Below the pieces are notes generated by a model. It saw nothing but the letters and a program-made list of their open reading frames with translations, did no database searches and had not been told where the DNA came from. A stretch of 62,000 bases of DNA from contig NC_057728.1 of the NCBI RefSeq assembly GCF_004010195.1, positions 54,852,588-54,914,587 on the forward strand. The letters are read 5' to 3'. Of the stretch, positions 49,229 through 60,802 are shown piece after piece. A program made the position numbers and the translations under genes. The DNA is from Chiloscyllium plagiosum. Taxonomy: Eukaryota. Within the stretch, counting starts at the first letter, position 1. The number at the start of each line of letters is the position of its first letter.

Positions 49229-50643
49229 CCTAAATGCATCACCTCACATTTGTCTTGATTGAAAACCATCTGCCACTTTTCCACCCAACTCTCCAGTCTA
49301 TCTATATCCTCCTGTATTCTCTGACAGTCCCTTATGCTTTCTGCTACTCCATCAATCTTCGTGTCATCTGCAAACTTGCTGAACATACCAACAATGCCCT
49401 GTTCCAGATCATTTAGGTATATTACAAACAACAGTGGCCCCAACACTGACCCCTGTGGAACACCACTGGTCACCTTTCTCCATTTCGAGAAACTCCCTTC
49501 AACTACTACTCTCTGTCTCCTGTTGCTCAACCAGTTCTTTATCCACCTAGCTAGAACACCCTGCACACCATATGATTTCACTTTCTCCATTAGTCTACCA
49601 TGGGGAACCTTATCAAACGCCTTACTAAAGTCCATGTATATGACATCAACAGCCCTTCCTTCATCTATCAACTTGGTCACTTCCTCGAAGAACTCTATTA
49701 AGTTGGTAAGGCACGATCTTCCCCACACGAAACCATGTTGCCTATCACCAGTAAGCCCATTCTTTTCGAAATATAAATAGATCCTATCCCTCAGAACCTT
49801 CTCCAGCAACTTTCCCACCACTGATGTAAGGCTCACTGGTCTGTAGTTACCCAGAATATCCTTACTACCCTTCTTGTACAGGGGAACAACATCAGCAACC
49901 CTCCAGTCCTCCGGCACCTCACCTGTGTTTAAGGATGCCACAAAGATATCTGTCAGGGCCCCAGCTATTTCCTCTCTCGCCTCCCTCAGCAACCTTGGAT
50001 AGATCCCATCCGGTCCTGGGGATTTGTCCACCTTAATAACCTCTAGCCTACCCAACACATCTTCCCTACTTATGTCAACGTGATCCAGACTAATCAAACT
50101 TCTATCTCTAATCTCAACATTCATCATGTTCCTCTCCTCAGTGAACACTGATGCAAAGTAATCATTCAAAATCTCACTCATTCCCTCAGGTTTGACACAC
50201 AGCCTTCCTTTGTTATCCTTTAGTGGACCAATCCTTTCTCTAGTTACCTGCTTGCTTCTTATATAAGAATAAAATACTTTGAGATTCTCCTTAATTCTGC
50301 TCGCTAAAGCTATTTCATGACCCCTTTTAGCCCACTTGATTCCTCGTTTAAGACATGTCCTACTCTTCCGAAATTCTTCCACGGCCCATTCTGTTCTTAG
50401 CTGCCTAGACCATATGTATGCTTCCCTTTTCCTCTTGGCTAGTTGTACAATTTCTCCTGTCATCCACAGTTCATGAATCTTGCTCTTCCTATCCTTTGCC
50501 TTCAACGAGACATGCCTATCCTGCACTATCTTTAACCTATCTCTGAAAGCCTCCCACATCTCAAATGTGGACTTCCCTTCAAATAGCTGTGTCCAAGCCA
50601 CATTTCCGAGCTCCTTCCTAATTTTGATATAATTGGCCTTGGC

Positions 50644-50733
50644 TAAAAATGTGTTGCTGGAAAAGCGCAGCAGGTCAGGCAGCATCCAAGGAACAGGGGA
50701 ATCGACGTTTCGGGCATAAGCCCTTCTTCAGGA
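50644..50733 (-). mobile_element. Family-A mini-element, single arm (90 bp)
   Basis: 15-bp TSD ATAATTGGCCTTGGC (50629-50643, 50734-50748). Confidence 0.85.
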
Positions 50734-51860
50734 ATAATTGGCCTTGGCCCAGTTTAGTACTCTTCCCTTAGGACCACTCGCTTCTTTATCAACGAGTATT
50801 CTAAAACTTACAGAATTGTGGTCACTGTTCCCAAAGAAATCCCCCACCGCAACTTCTACCACCTGTCCTGGCTCGCTCCCCAGTACCAGGTCCAATATGG
50901 CCCCTTCCCTCATTGGACTATTGACATACTGCTCTAGAAAACTCTCCTGGGTGCTTCTTACAAATTCTACCCCATCCAGACCTCTGACGTTAAGTGTATC
51001 TCAGTCAATGTTGGGAAAATTAAAATCTCCCATTACCACTACCCTATTGCCTCTACATCTTTCCATAATCTGTTTACCTATTTGTTCTTCTATCTCACGC
51101 TCACTGATGGGAGGCCTGTATTGCAGCCCCAACAGGGTGGTTATGGTAGGGGATTTTAACTTTCCAAACATAGACAGGGACTGCCATAGTGTTAAGGGTT
51201 TAGATGGAGAAGAATTTGTTAAGTGTGTACAAGAAAATTTTCTGATTCAGTATGTGGATGTACCTATGAGAGAAGGTACAAAACTTGACATACTCTTGGG
51301 AAATAAGGCAGGGCAGGTGACTGAGGTGTCAACGGGGAAGCACTTTGGGACCAGCGACCATAATTCTATTAGTTTTTAAAATAGTGATGGAAAAGGATAG
51401 ATCAGATCTAAAAGTTGAAGTACTAAATTGGAGGAAGGCCAATTTTGATGAAATTAGGCAAGAACTTTTCAAAAGCTGATTGGGGGCAGATGTTCGCAGG
51501 TAAAGGGACAGCTGGAAAATGGGAAGCCTTCAGAAATGATCAATTGAATCAATGGGCTGAGGGGTGGCAGGTGCAGTTTAATTTGGAGGTGTTCCATTTT
51601 GGTACAACAAATAAGGGCAAGACTTATACAATTAAAACTAGGGCCTTGGGTAGAACAGAGAGACCTTGGGGTTCAGGTACATAATTCTTTTATATCTGAG
51701 TCACATATCGATAGGTGGATAAGAACGTATTTAGCATACTTGCCTTCATTGCTCAGACTATTGAGAGTTGGGCCATAATGTCAAGGTTGTACAAACACTG
51801 GAATGGCCTCTTCTGGAGTACTGTGTTCAATTCTAGTTGCCCTGTTATAGGAAGGTTATA

Positions 51861-51955
51861 CCCTTCCTGAAGAAGGGCTTATGCCCGAAACGTCGATTCT
51901 CCTGTTCCCTGGATGCTGCCTGACCTGCTGCGCTTTTCCAGCAACACATTTTCAG
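51861..51955 (+). mobile_element. Family-A mini-element, single arm (95 bp)
   Basis: 14-bp TSD ATAGGAAGGTTATA (51847-51860, 51956-51969). Confidence 0.85.
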
Positions 51956-52787
51956 ATAGGAAGGTTATAACAAGCTGGAGAGTGTTCAAAAGAGATTTAC
52001 CAGGATGTTTTTGGAAATGGAGGGTTTGAGTTATAAGGAGAGGCTGGATAAGCTGAAACGTTTTTCACTAAAGCATATGACCTTGAGAGGTGATCTCATA
52101 GAGATTTATAAAATCACTTGGGGCATAAATAAGGTGAAGGGCAGGTGACTTTTCCCTAAAGTGGAGGACCGGGGGCATATTTTAAGGTGAGAGGAGAAAA
52201 ATTTTAAAAAGACATGAGGGTACATTTTGTTATATAAGGAATGGATTTAGAATGAACTTCCAAGAAGGTGGTGAATGCAGTTAGTTACAATGCTTAAAAG
52301 ACATTTGGATAAGTACATGAATAAGAAATCTTTGGAGGGATATGGGCCAAGCACAGGCAGGTGGGACCAATTTGGTTTTGGGATTATGACTGGCAAGGAC
52401 TTTTGGACCAAAGGGTCTATTTCCATGCTGTACTATTTTATGACTATCCTGGATGAAGAAAAGTCTACAGAATATTAGGAAGTGGTCATTAAGTAAAGTC
52501 GCGCTTGATGATGTTTTGAGAGAGGAAAGAATATGAGTACCCTGATTTTTATGGAAAGTTATATCGGTGCTGGGGTGACCAAGAAATGTTTGAAGAACCA
52601 GTAAGGCCAGTGACAGGGGTTGACACTGAACAAAAGCAAAACCCCATTAATATTTGTAGCTCCACTTCTGTAAAGCAGTGATATACAGTAGGATGATTTG
52701 TGTAAGTGAAAATAAGAGCACATAAAACAGTGATTTTGAAACTTAAAAGGAATAAAGCAACAATGTTTACTGAAAAGAAAGGCTCAG

Positions 52788-53405
52788 CTGCTTTGGCTCA
52801 CAGGTAGCATGCTTATCTGTGTAAGAAGGTCATAAATTCAAGAGCCAGTCAGAGACTTGATCATATATTATAGGCAGAAAGTTAGTCCAGTACTGAGGGA
52901 GGTCGACACTTTTTAAATTGCTGCCTTTTTGGATGAAATACTAAGCCTGTTGGGAATCAATTTAGCTCAGTTGGCTGGATTGTTGGTTTACAAATCAGTG
53001 CAATGTCAACAGTGTGGGTTCAATTCCCATCACTGGTTTGAGGTTACCATGAAGGACTCTCTTTCTCAAACTCTTCCCTCGCCTGAGGTCTGGTGGCCCT
53101 CAGGTTAAATTATCACCAGTTGCTTCTCTCTAATGAGACAGCAGCCCCTATTATCTAGTAAGACTATGGCGATACAACAATAATTAAGCCTGTTTACCAT
53201 CTCTACTATAAGGGGGAAAGTATAAAACAAAACTGAGAGAATTCTCCCAATATCTTGCACAATATTTGTTCTTCAAGCAGATTAGCCCAGATTATCTAAT
53301 CACATATCTCATTGCTATTTGCGGAACATTTGACTGCTACTTTGATAGTATTTAAATGGCTGTAAATTTTTGAGATATTCTGAGGTTATGAAAGGCACAA
53401 TGTAA
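52788..53405 (+). mobile_element. Decayed Deu-domain-type SINE (SacSINE1/LmeSINE1-like) containing another SINE at 52960-53175
   Basis: CAGTACTGAGGGAG...TGCCTTTTTGGATGA core; tail TGAGGTTATGAAAGGC. Similar tails at ~30580-30750 and ~45845-45950 (minus). Confidence 0.5.
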
Positions 53406-53549
53406 CCTTTATGGGGAATAAGAATAAGTGTTCATAAAAATAATAAATGAAGGTAGGTCAGAGAGGTTGCTAGGAGGAAGAAGATCAGAAAGAAATTGTG
53501 ATGCAAATGAAAATAGTTTGGAAGCTTAAAGTGAGAAAGGGATTTACTA

Positions 53550-54250
53550 TCAAACAACTAGTGAAGAGGAAGAAGGACGCTTATTTAAGGTTGAGAAAGC
53601 AAGGATCAGACAGGGCTCAAGGTAGCCAGGAAGGAACTGAAGAATGGACTCAAGAGAGCTAAAATGGAGCATGAAAAACCCTTGGCGGGTATGATTAAGG
53701 AGAACCCCAAGTCGTTCTACACTTATGTGAGGAACAAAAGGATGGCCAGAGTGAGGGTAGGGCTTATCAGTGATAGCGGAGGGTACTTGCGCCTGGAGTT
53801 GGAGGAGATAGGGGAGGTCCTTAACGAATACTTTGCTTCAGTATCCACTAGTCAGAGGGATTGTCATTTCTGAGGACAGCGTGAAATGGACTGATACACT
53901 TGAACAGGTTGATGTTAAGAAGGATGTGCTGGATAGAGTGGATAGCCAGAGGGTTTTTTCCAGGATGGAAATGGTTATCACAAGGTGGCACAATTTTGAG
54001 ATGATTGGGGAAGGTTTAGAGGAGATATCAGAGGTGGGTTCTTTATTCAAAGAATGGTGAGTATGTGGTACCAGCAGTGGTAGTAGAGTCAGATACATTA
54101 CAGATGTTTAAGCAACTCTTGGATCAGCATATAGATGATAGTAAAATGTAGCATATGTAGATTAGTTTGACCCTAGAGTAGGATAAAACGTCGGCACAAC
54201 ATCAAGGGCTGAAGGGCTTGTACTGTGCTGTACTGTTTTATGTTCTATGT
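53550..54250 (+). mobile_element. CR1 fragment with internal deletions
   Basis: ORF 53664..53873 (IKENPKSFYTYVRNK...LNEYFASV) joined to the 3' end. Confidence 0.8.
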
Positions 54251-54279
54251 AACAGTTTTTCTTGCATTTGGTTGAATTG

Positions 54280-55742
54280 TGCAAGCTTCCCACAGAGTTC
54301 TCGGGTACACCTGATCAGGTCCTGGGGATTTATCCACCTTTACCCATTTCAAGACATTCAGCACTTCCTCCTCTGTAATCTGGACATTTTGCAAGATGTC
54401 ACCATCTATTTCCCTACAGTCTATATCTTCCATATCCTTTTCCACAGTAAATACTGATGCAAAATACTCGTTCAGTATCTCCCCCATTTTCTGCGGCTCC
54501 ACACAAAGGCTGCCTTGCTGATCTTTGAGGGGCCCTATTCTCTCCCTAGTTACCCTTTTGTCCTTAATGTATTTGTAAAAACCTTTTGGATTCTCCTTAA
54601 TTCTATTTGTCCCCTTTTTGCCCTCCTGATTTCCTTCTTAAGTATACTCCTACTTCTTTATACTCTTCTAAGGATTCACTCGATGTATCTCGTCTATACA
54701 TTACATATGCTTCCTTCTTTTTCTTAACCAAACCCTGAATTTATTTAGTCATCCAGCATTCGCTATACCTACCAGCCTTTCCTTTTACCCTGACAGAAAT
54801 ATACTTTCTCAGGATTCTCATTTCTGAAGGCTTCCCATTTTCCAGCCGTCCCTTTACCTGCGAACATCTGCCCCCAATTAGCTTTCGAAAGTTCTTGCCT
54901 AACACTGTCAAAACTGGCCTTTCTCCAATTTAGAACTTCAACATTTAGATCTGGTCTATCCTTTTCCATCACTATTTTAAATCAAATAGAATTATGTTTC
55001 CATCACATTTTAAATCAAATAGAATTATGGTCGCTGGCCCCAAAGTGCTCCCCCACTGACACCTCAGTCACCTGTCCTGCCTTATTTACAGATAACCGAG
55101 ATCTCCTTACAAATCTGTTTCTCAATTTCCCTCTGACTATTAGGGGTTCTATAATACAATCCCAATAGGTGATCATCCCTTTCTTATTTCTCAGTTCCAC
55201 CCAAATAACTTCCCTGTATGTATTTCCAGGAATATCCTCCCTCAGCACAGCTGTAATGCTATCCCTTATCAAAAATGCCACTCCCCCTCCTCTCTTGCCT
55301 CCATTTCTATCCTTCCTGTAGCATTTGTATCCTGGAACATTAAGCTCCCAGTCATGCCCATCCCTGAGCCATGTTTCTGTAATTACTATGATATCCCAGT
55401 CCCATGTTCCTAACCATGCCCTGAGTTCATCTGCCTTCCCTGTTAGGCCCCTTGCATTGAAATAAATGCAGTTTAATTTATTAGTCCTACCTTGTCCCTG
55501 CCTGCCCTGACTGTTTGACTCACTTCTGTTCTCAATTGTATCAGTCTCAGATTGATCTCTTTCCTCACTATCTCCCTGGGTCCCACCACCACACCCCCCC
55601 TCCACCTTACTAGTTTAAATCCTCCCAAGCAGTTCTAGCAAATTTCCCTGCCAGTATATTAGTCCCCTTCCAATTTAGGTGCAATCCGTCCTTCTTGTAC
55701 AGGTCACTTCTACCCCAAAAGAGATTCCAATGATCCAAAAAT
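54280..55742 (-). mobile_element. CR1 5'/central fragment (end of ORF1, endonuclease, tether)
   Basis: ORFs 55015..55605 (YFNARGL...ITETWL), 54769..54972 and 54245..54502. Confidence 0.9.
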
Positions 55743-56780
55743 ACTTAACAGCACATTTCAATATTTACTTGAGATTTGATAAAACATTACAAGAGATGAC
55801 AGATATTAGACTTCCGTCCATTGAATTCATACAGGATATTTCTAAAACCTTGTGAAGAAACATCGAGAGATATTTTGACACTTTTATCTAAAAAAAATCA
55901 CTGCAGAGTTTTAAATGCATTCAGGGTTCAGCGCTCCCTGATAGCAAGGAAACGGCAATTTGCTAACTAATTAATTAATAATAGAACGATCTCAAATATT
56001 CATGAATTAGATAGCTACCGAGATGAACAAAAGTTTTTGTTCTGTCTGTAGAATGCTCGGACCTTAAATAGATAAACCATATTCCCTTCTAATTTGTTAT
56101 TTCCAAAGTGGGAAACATTCCAGCACTGGTTTTCCAGACATGTTGTACTTGTCTTTTGTAAGAAAAGCAGATTCTCAAGACGGAGCTTATCCAAACAAAG
56201 CAATATAAACCTTACATCACAGAATGTGGTTAATTAACTTCTTGCATCAAAACAAGAGCTTGTGAAGTAACACTGGAGTACAAAACATTTAGCACACCAA
56301 TGCACTGTTTAAAGTTTATGATATTAAATTGCTTAAACTCAAAATACACTCCTGCAGTAAGGCATCATAAAGTACCTCTAATATATGGAGTGGAGATGGG
56401 ATTCTCAATTTCCTATCCATCTCAACTACTTTGTTGGCAAAACTCTTATTAAACCAGGAGATTCTAAAGCTTTGAATTTCTGGCATAATAGTATCTGAAA
56501 TTATGACAGGTTTATTAGTATTCTCCTCTAAAGGATCGAAACTAACTTTGTTTGATGACTGGATAAAAATTCTTTTGGTGAGAATTAAAGCCTTTTAAAT
56601 AGGGGTTTTTCCACCTACCTTCCTTTAATACAACAGAGGCCAGAAAATAAAGGAACACATGACGGGGTCTGGAGTCGGTGAAGGCACTTCTAAAAAGTGA
56701 AACTCTGATATCATTTCACACAATGACTTGTATACGGAGTGACGCACTTTATCATTTCATGTTAACTCAAAATTACTTAC

Positions 56781-56870
56781 ACATACATTTGGGTGTCTTC
56801 ATTTTCTTTATTAAGCTTAGATATAGAATTTTATCAAATAATTTCCTTCTCAAGATCACTGCCTCAGTAT
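56781..56870 (-). CDS. Possible 90-bp symmetric (phase 1-1) exon of the TPR gene (TEAVILRRKLFDKILYLSLIKKMKTPKCM)
   Basis: tttatttag acceptor, consensus gtaagt donor, open only in the phase needed. No homology support, and the exon is not required to join its neighbours. Confidence 0.35.
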
Positions 56871-57704
56871 CTAAATAAATGGATCTAACTTAAAATGAAA
56901 ATATGGAATTGCCATCTATTATAAACTATTGAATAGTTTAGGAAACATCTCGGCTGAGAAGTTGATCATTATGATTGCACCTGTCAATAACAGACAAGAG
57001 TCGGATCAATTTGGAATCAAAGTTCATAATATAGTTAGACTCTGGTTAAAATTTCGTTATGTGCCAAGAAACAGTTGTATTTTACAAATAGTGCATTGCT
57101 GATTCAGTTCTGTGGCTAACTCTAGTCTACTAAAAGAATGATTCTATACTAATTTAATTTTAGCCAATAGTTTTATTAAACAGTAGTAAAATAATCAAAG
57201 AAAAAACAAACGCTTACAATGGTTTATCTTTACTATCATTTTACAAAACAGAAAATAATTGATTTTTTGTATAATAAACCAAAGCACTGCAGATGCTAGA
57301 AATCTGACCACTCTAATAATAACTTACTATACTTATTATATACTACAAAAAAAATTCAGCTTTTTTATACTTACCTTACCAGCTACAGAAATTATTCAAA
57401 CAAAGTTCAGATGGAACTGAAGATTTGAGCAAATATGATGGTTAATCATTGATTGGTACTTTGTGATCATGCAGGATTGCTTTCTAAGTAATTAATCCTC
57501 ACAAAAACATTTATTTGCCCATTTTCACAGGGAATCAAAAATTTCACAAGGAAGTTCTCTTCCGAATTTGGGAAATTCAATATTAGGCATCTTCAGTTGT
57601 TGAAGCATACTACAGAATCTTTTGTCCCCCTTCACCTTTGAATTCTAAATACCAAATTAAGCTGATGCAGACAAAAACAAGATTTTAATTTTTACAAATA
57701 AAAT

Positions 57705-57890
57705 GAAGGGATGGAAGTTACAGTTATCAAATTTGCTGATGACACAAAAATAGGTAGGAAAATAAGTTGTGAAGAGAATATAAGGAGGCTACAAGAAGAT
57801 ATAAATAGGCTAAGTGAGTGGACAAAGATGTGGCAAATACTGGATGATATGGAAAAACACAAAAATATCTATCCTGACAGGAAGAATAAA
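57705..57890 (+). mobile_element. Old CR1 RT fragment
   Basis: [10 protein letters not shown]...LQEDINRLSEW. Confidence 0.75.
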
Positions 57891-57896
57891 AAAAGT

Positions 57897-58082
57897 CCCC
57901 TCCCACTTACCTACTGTACTCTATGCTACTTTCTCCCCACCCCCACCCTCCTCTAGCTTATCTCTCCACGCTTCAGGCTCTCTGCCTTTATTCCTGATGA
58001 AGGGCTTTTGCCGGAAACTTCGATTTCGCTGCTCCTTGGATGCTGCCTGAACTGCTGTGCTCTTCCAGCACCACTAATCCAG
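57897..58082 (+). mobile_element. Family-A-related Penelope pseudo-LTR fragment with hammerhead motif
   Basis: ATTCCTGATGAAGGGCTTTTGCCGGAAAC at ~57990-58018, then GGATGCTGCCTGA.CTGCTG. Confidence 0.7.
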
Positions 58083-58903
58083 GTTGGACCGAAGGGTCTG
58101 CTTCCATGCTGTACATCTCTATGACTCTACAACAGTATAATAAAAAGCACATCTAATGAAAATGATTGGGTTTTTCACAGGCCAGACAGTCGTTATGCCA
58201 GAGCAGATCGGAGATGCACCTGGGACCCTGCAGAATTTCCATCTAAGCAGCTTAAGTGTAGAAATTGCCAGGAAAATTGAATTTTCTGTTTGAATTCTAT
58301 GCTGGGAATCCTCCAAAAGTTTAAATCAGAGACTTCAGAGGGTTTCAATAAATTTATGTAAAATAGTTAATAAATGTTTGACAATTAAGTATATAGTGTA
58401 ACTCGAGTAACTATTAAACTGATCTTGTACTTATCTCACGCATCCCCAATCACAAATCCCTCAGATCCTGAACTAATACCCTCAGACCCTGACCCTGACA
58501 CCTTTCCCCTCCCAGAACCCAGAGCACCCCTCCACCTGCGACCTGACACTCCACCCCAATCCCAATGTGCACCCAGTTACCCCCTCCACTGGGCGCAACT
58601 ACCCCACCCCACCAGCGACACAACCCCTACCAGTTCCATCCCTGAAATCTGTGTGGAATAGCCACTCCCAAGGAAATCTTGTTCAATTAGTACACAAAAT
58701 ATTAATTAAAACTAAAAAGTCACGATTTAAGGAAACTATATGGAAAATTGTGTAACAGAGCTACCCACTAATAATTGATATATTTCTACAATAGAGTAAG
58801 ATGAATATAAATTAAGTGAAAGTCTACAGTTAAATTTTCCTACTAAGAATTGAGAAGAATTTCTTTTTCATAGTAACTGTAAATATTATTGCAAATTTCC
58901 TAC

Positions 58904-59061
58904 TTTCTGATACATAGGGTCTGGCCAGGAACTCAACCACCATTTTGTGATAGGCAACCGTAGGATCAAATCCTGCCTCTGATAACAAATCCCAGTGATG
59001 GACAAGATCCAGCTTCGATTGATAAGAATGCTTTGAATTCTGATAGATTAGATCCATGATT
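58904..59061 (-). CDS. ttc41: TTC41-like TPR protein, first visible coding exon (IMDLIYQNSKHSYQSKLDLVHHWDLLSEAGFDPTVAYHKMVVEFLARPYVSE)
   Basis: Pyrimidine-rich acceptor (ttctttctcttcag), open frame, probable donor aaa|gtagga giving phase 1, compatible with the exon at 43526. The HWDLLSEAGFD motif resembles TTC41 as recalled; not database-checked. Confidence 0.6.
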
Positions 59062-59599
59062 CTGAAGAGAAAGAAATAAGACCTTTTATTTTTGAAATTT
59101 GCCTTACACCTTACCTGTCAATGAAAGATTATTGGGCTGCCATTGGCATTAACTTCCCAAAAAGCAACAAACGTACAGAACATAAACACATATAAATATA
59201 GATCTGGGGCATTGAGGCTTGGGGTAGGTAGGAGTGATTTTGACTACTAGCAAGTATACTATAAAATGGTACTAGTCAGATTCCCACCCAAAGTAATAAT
59301 AATGAGTACACCCCACTATTCCTGTGAATCGTTTCTGCATTCTCACAGTTTTCATGTTTAGCATTTACATTTTTCCAATAATATGGCATCCAAAACTGTA
59401 CACAATACTCCGGCTGAAGTCCAACATATGCCTTATGCAACTTCAACAGACCTCCTTGTTCTTGTGCTCTGTCCCTCTCTTATAAAGTGTACACCAGTTT
59501 TATTTGAGCATCCTAACTATTCCATGTGGGAACTGGGCAGCAACAAGAAAAGGTCCAGCTCTAAAGGGGATGCAAGAACAGAGGGAACTAAGTATAGTG

Positions 59600-59778
59600 C
59601 ACCCCCCCTCCCATTAATCTCTCAGCTCCCTTGGCCCACAAGCCTAATTCCTAATGAAGAGTTTATGCCTGAAACATCGATTCTCGTGCTCTTCTGGTGC
59701 TGCCTGACTGGCTGTGTTTTTCCAGCACCACACTCTTCGACTCTGATCTCCAGGATCTGCAGTGCTCACTTTCTCCTC
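59600..59778 (+). mobile_element. Degenerate family-A pseudo-LTR fragment
   Basis: Ends CTCTGATCTCCAG.ATCTGCAG..CTCACTTTCTCC as at 49195-49228; hammerhead core mutated. Confidence 0.65.
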
Positions 59779-60063
59779 ATACATGTGCATGAGTCATTGA
59801 AGGTGGCAGAAAAATTTGAGAGAGTAGATAATAAAGCACACAGTATCCTAGATTTTATAAATAGGAGCATAGCATACAAAAGCAGGAAGTTTCTGATGAA
59901 CTTGGATAGGAGTTTAGCCTCAGCTGGGGTATTACATCCAGTTCTGGATGCTACATTTTTGGAAAGACTTAAAGGTATTTGAGAGAATTATGATAAAATT
60001 TGCAAGAATAATTCCAGGGATTAGGAATTGCAAATATTAAGATACAAGTTATAAGACATTTGT

Positions 60064-60376
60064 GGGCGGCACGGTGGCATAGTGGTTAGCACTGCTGCCT
60101 CACAGCGCCTGAGACCCGGGTTCAATTCCCGCCTCAGGCGACTGACTGTGTGGAGTTTGCACGTTCTCCCCGTGTCTGCGTGGGTTTCCTCCGGGTGCTC
60201 CGGTTTCCTCCCACAGTCCAAAGATGTGCAGGGTCAGGTGAATTGGCCATGCTAAATTGCCCGTAGTGTTAGGTAAGGGGTAAATGTAGGGGTATGGGTG
60301 GGTTTCGCTTCGGCGGGTCAGTGTGGACTTGTTGGGCCGAAGGGCCTGTTTCCACACTGTAATGTAATCTAATCTA
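60064..60376 (+). mobile_element. HE1-type V-SINE, young, inserted in an old CR1 (59780-60800)
   Basis: Nearly identical to the copies at 2227 and 18638. Confidence 0.9.
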
Positions 60377-60802
60377 AACATATAAGTTAAGGCTGTTTTC
60401 CTTGGAAACGGGAATGAGATTTGATAGAGCTTTTCAAAGCCATGATGGGTCTGACAGAATGGGCAGAGAGAAACAGCTCCTATTTATGAAAGAATCGAAA
60501 GGAAGAGACACAAATTTAAAGTAATTGGGGAAAGAAACAAAAGCGACACAGGGAAAACTCTTTCATGTAGGGTATGATTAAGGCCTGGAATGCACTGCCT
60601 GAAGGTGTGTCAATGGATGTAAATTCAATCAAGGCATTCAAAAGGAAAATTAAATTTTCATTGGAAAAGGAACAATATAGAGGGTAATGGGGATAACCGA
60701 GGGGAGTGAGAGAGTTGCTCATTTGCAGCTTAAGTGTAGATATGATGCAGCCAAACAGTCGTCTTCTTTGATGTAACAGTTCTGTGTTTCTACATATATG
60801 AA

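Larger units (their letters stand above)
48305..51133 (-). mobile_element. CR1 LINE (~2.8 kb, endonuclease to 3' end) nested antisense in another CR1
   Basis: ORFs 50728..50913, 48904..50685 (RT motifs), 48562..48891 and 48396..48617. Confidence 0.95.
46640..52445 (+). mobile_element. CR1 LINE with 5' region (ORF1 esterase-like, endonuclease), interrupted at 48305-51133 and internally deleted near 51540
   Basis: VDSLVQGTD and VIVHIGTND ORF1 motifs; the endonuclease reads ICRNNR | VVMVGDFNFP across the insertion; 3'UTR at ~52440. Confidence 0.85.

Noticed and set aside
48904..50685. 593-aa ORF as an active or domesticated RT gene
   Set aside because: The start lies inside a mini-element insert, and the CR1 copy is 5'-truncated with stops and frameshifts nearby.
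55780..57420. Extra candidate exons near 55830-55887 and 57380-57417
   Set aside because: Only one convincing splice site each, or an in-frame stop; no homology support.
59112..59120. Strong donor CAG|GTAAGG upstream of exon 58904-59061
   Set aside because: It would imply an intron of only ~52 bp, and no convincing upstream exon is present.
213..60381. Recurrent short ORFs such as MVAQWLALLPHSARD and MWKQALRPNKSTPT
   Set aside because: These are translations of HE1 SINE copies, not genes.
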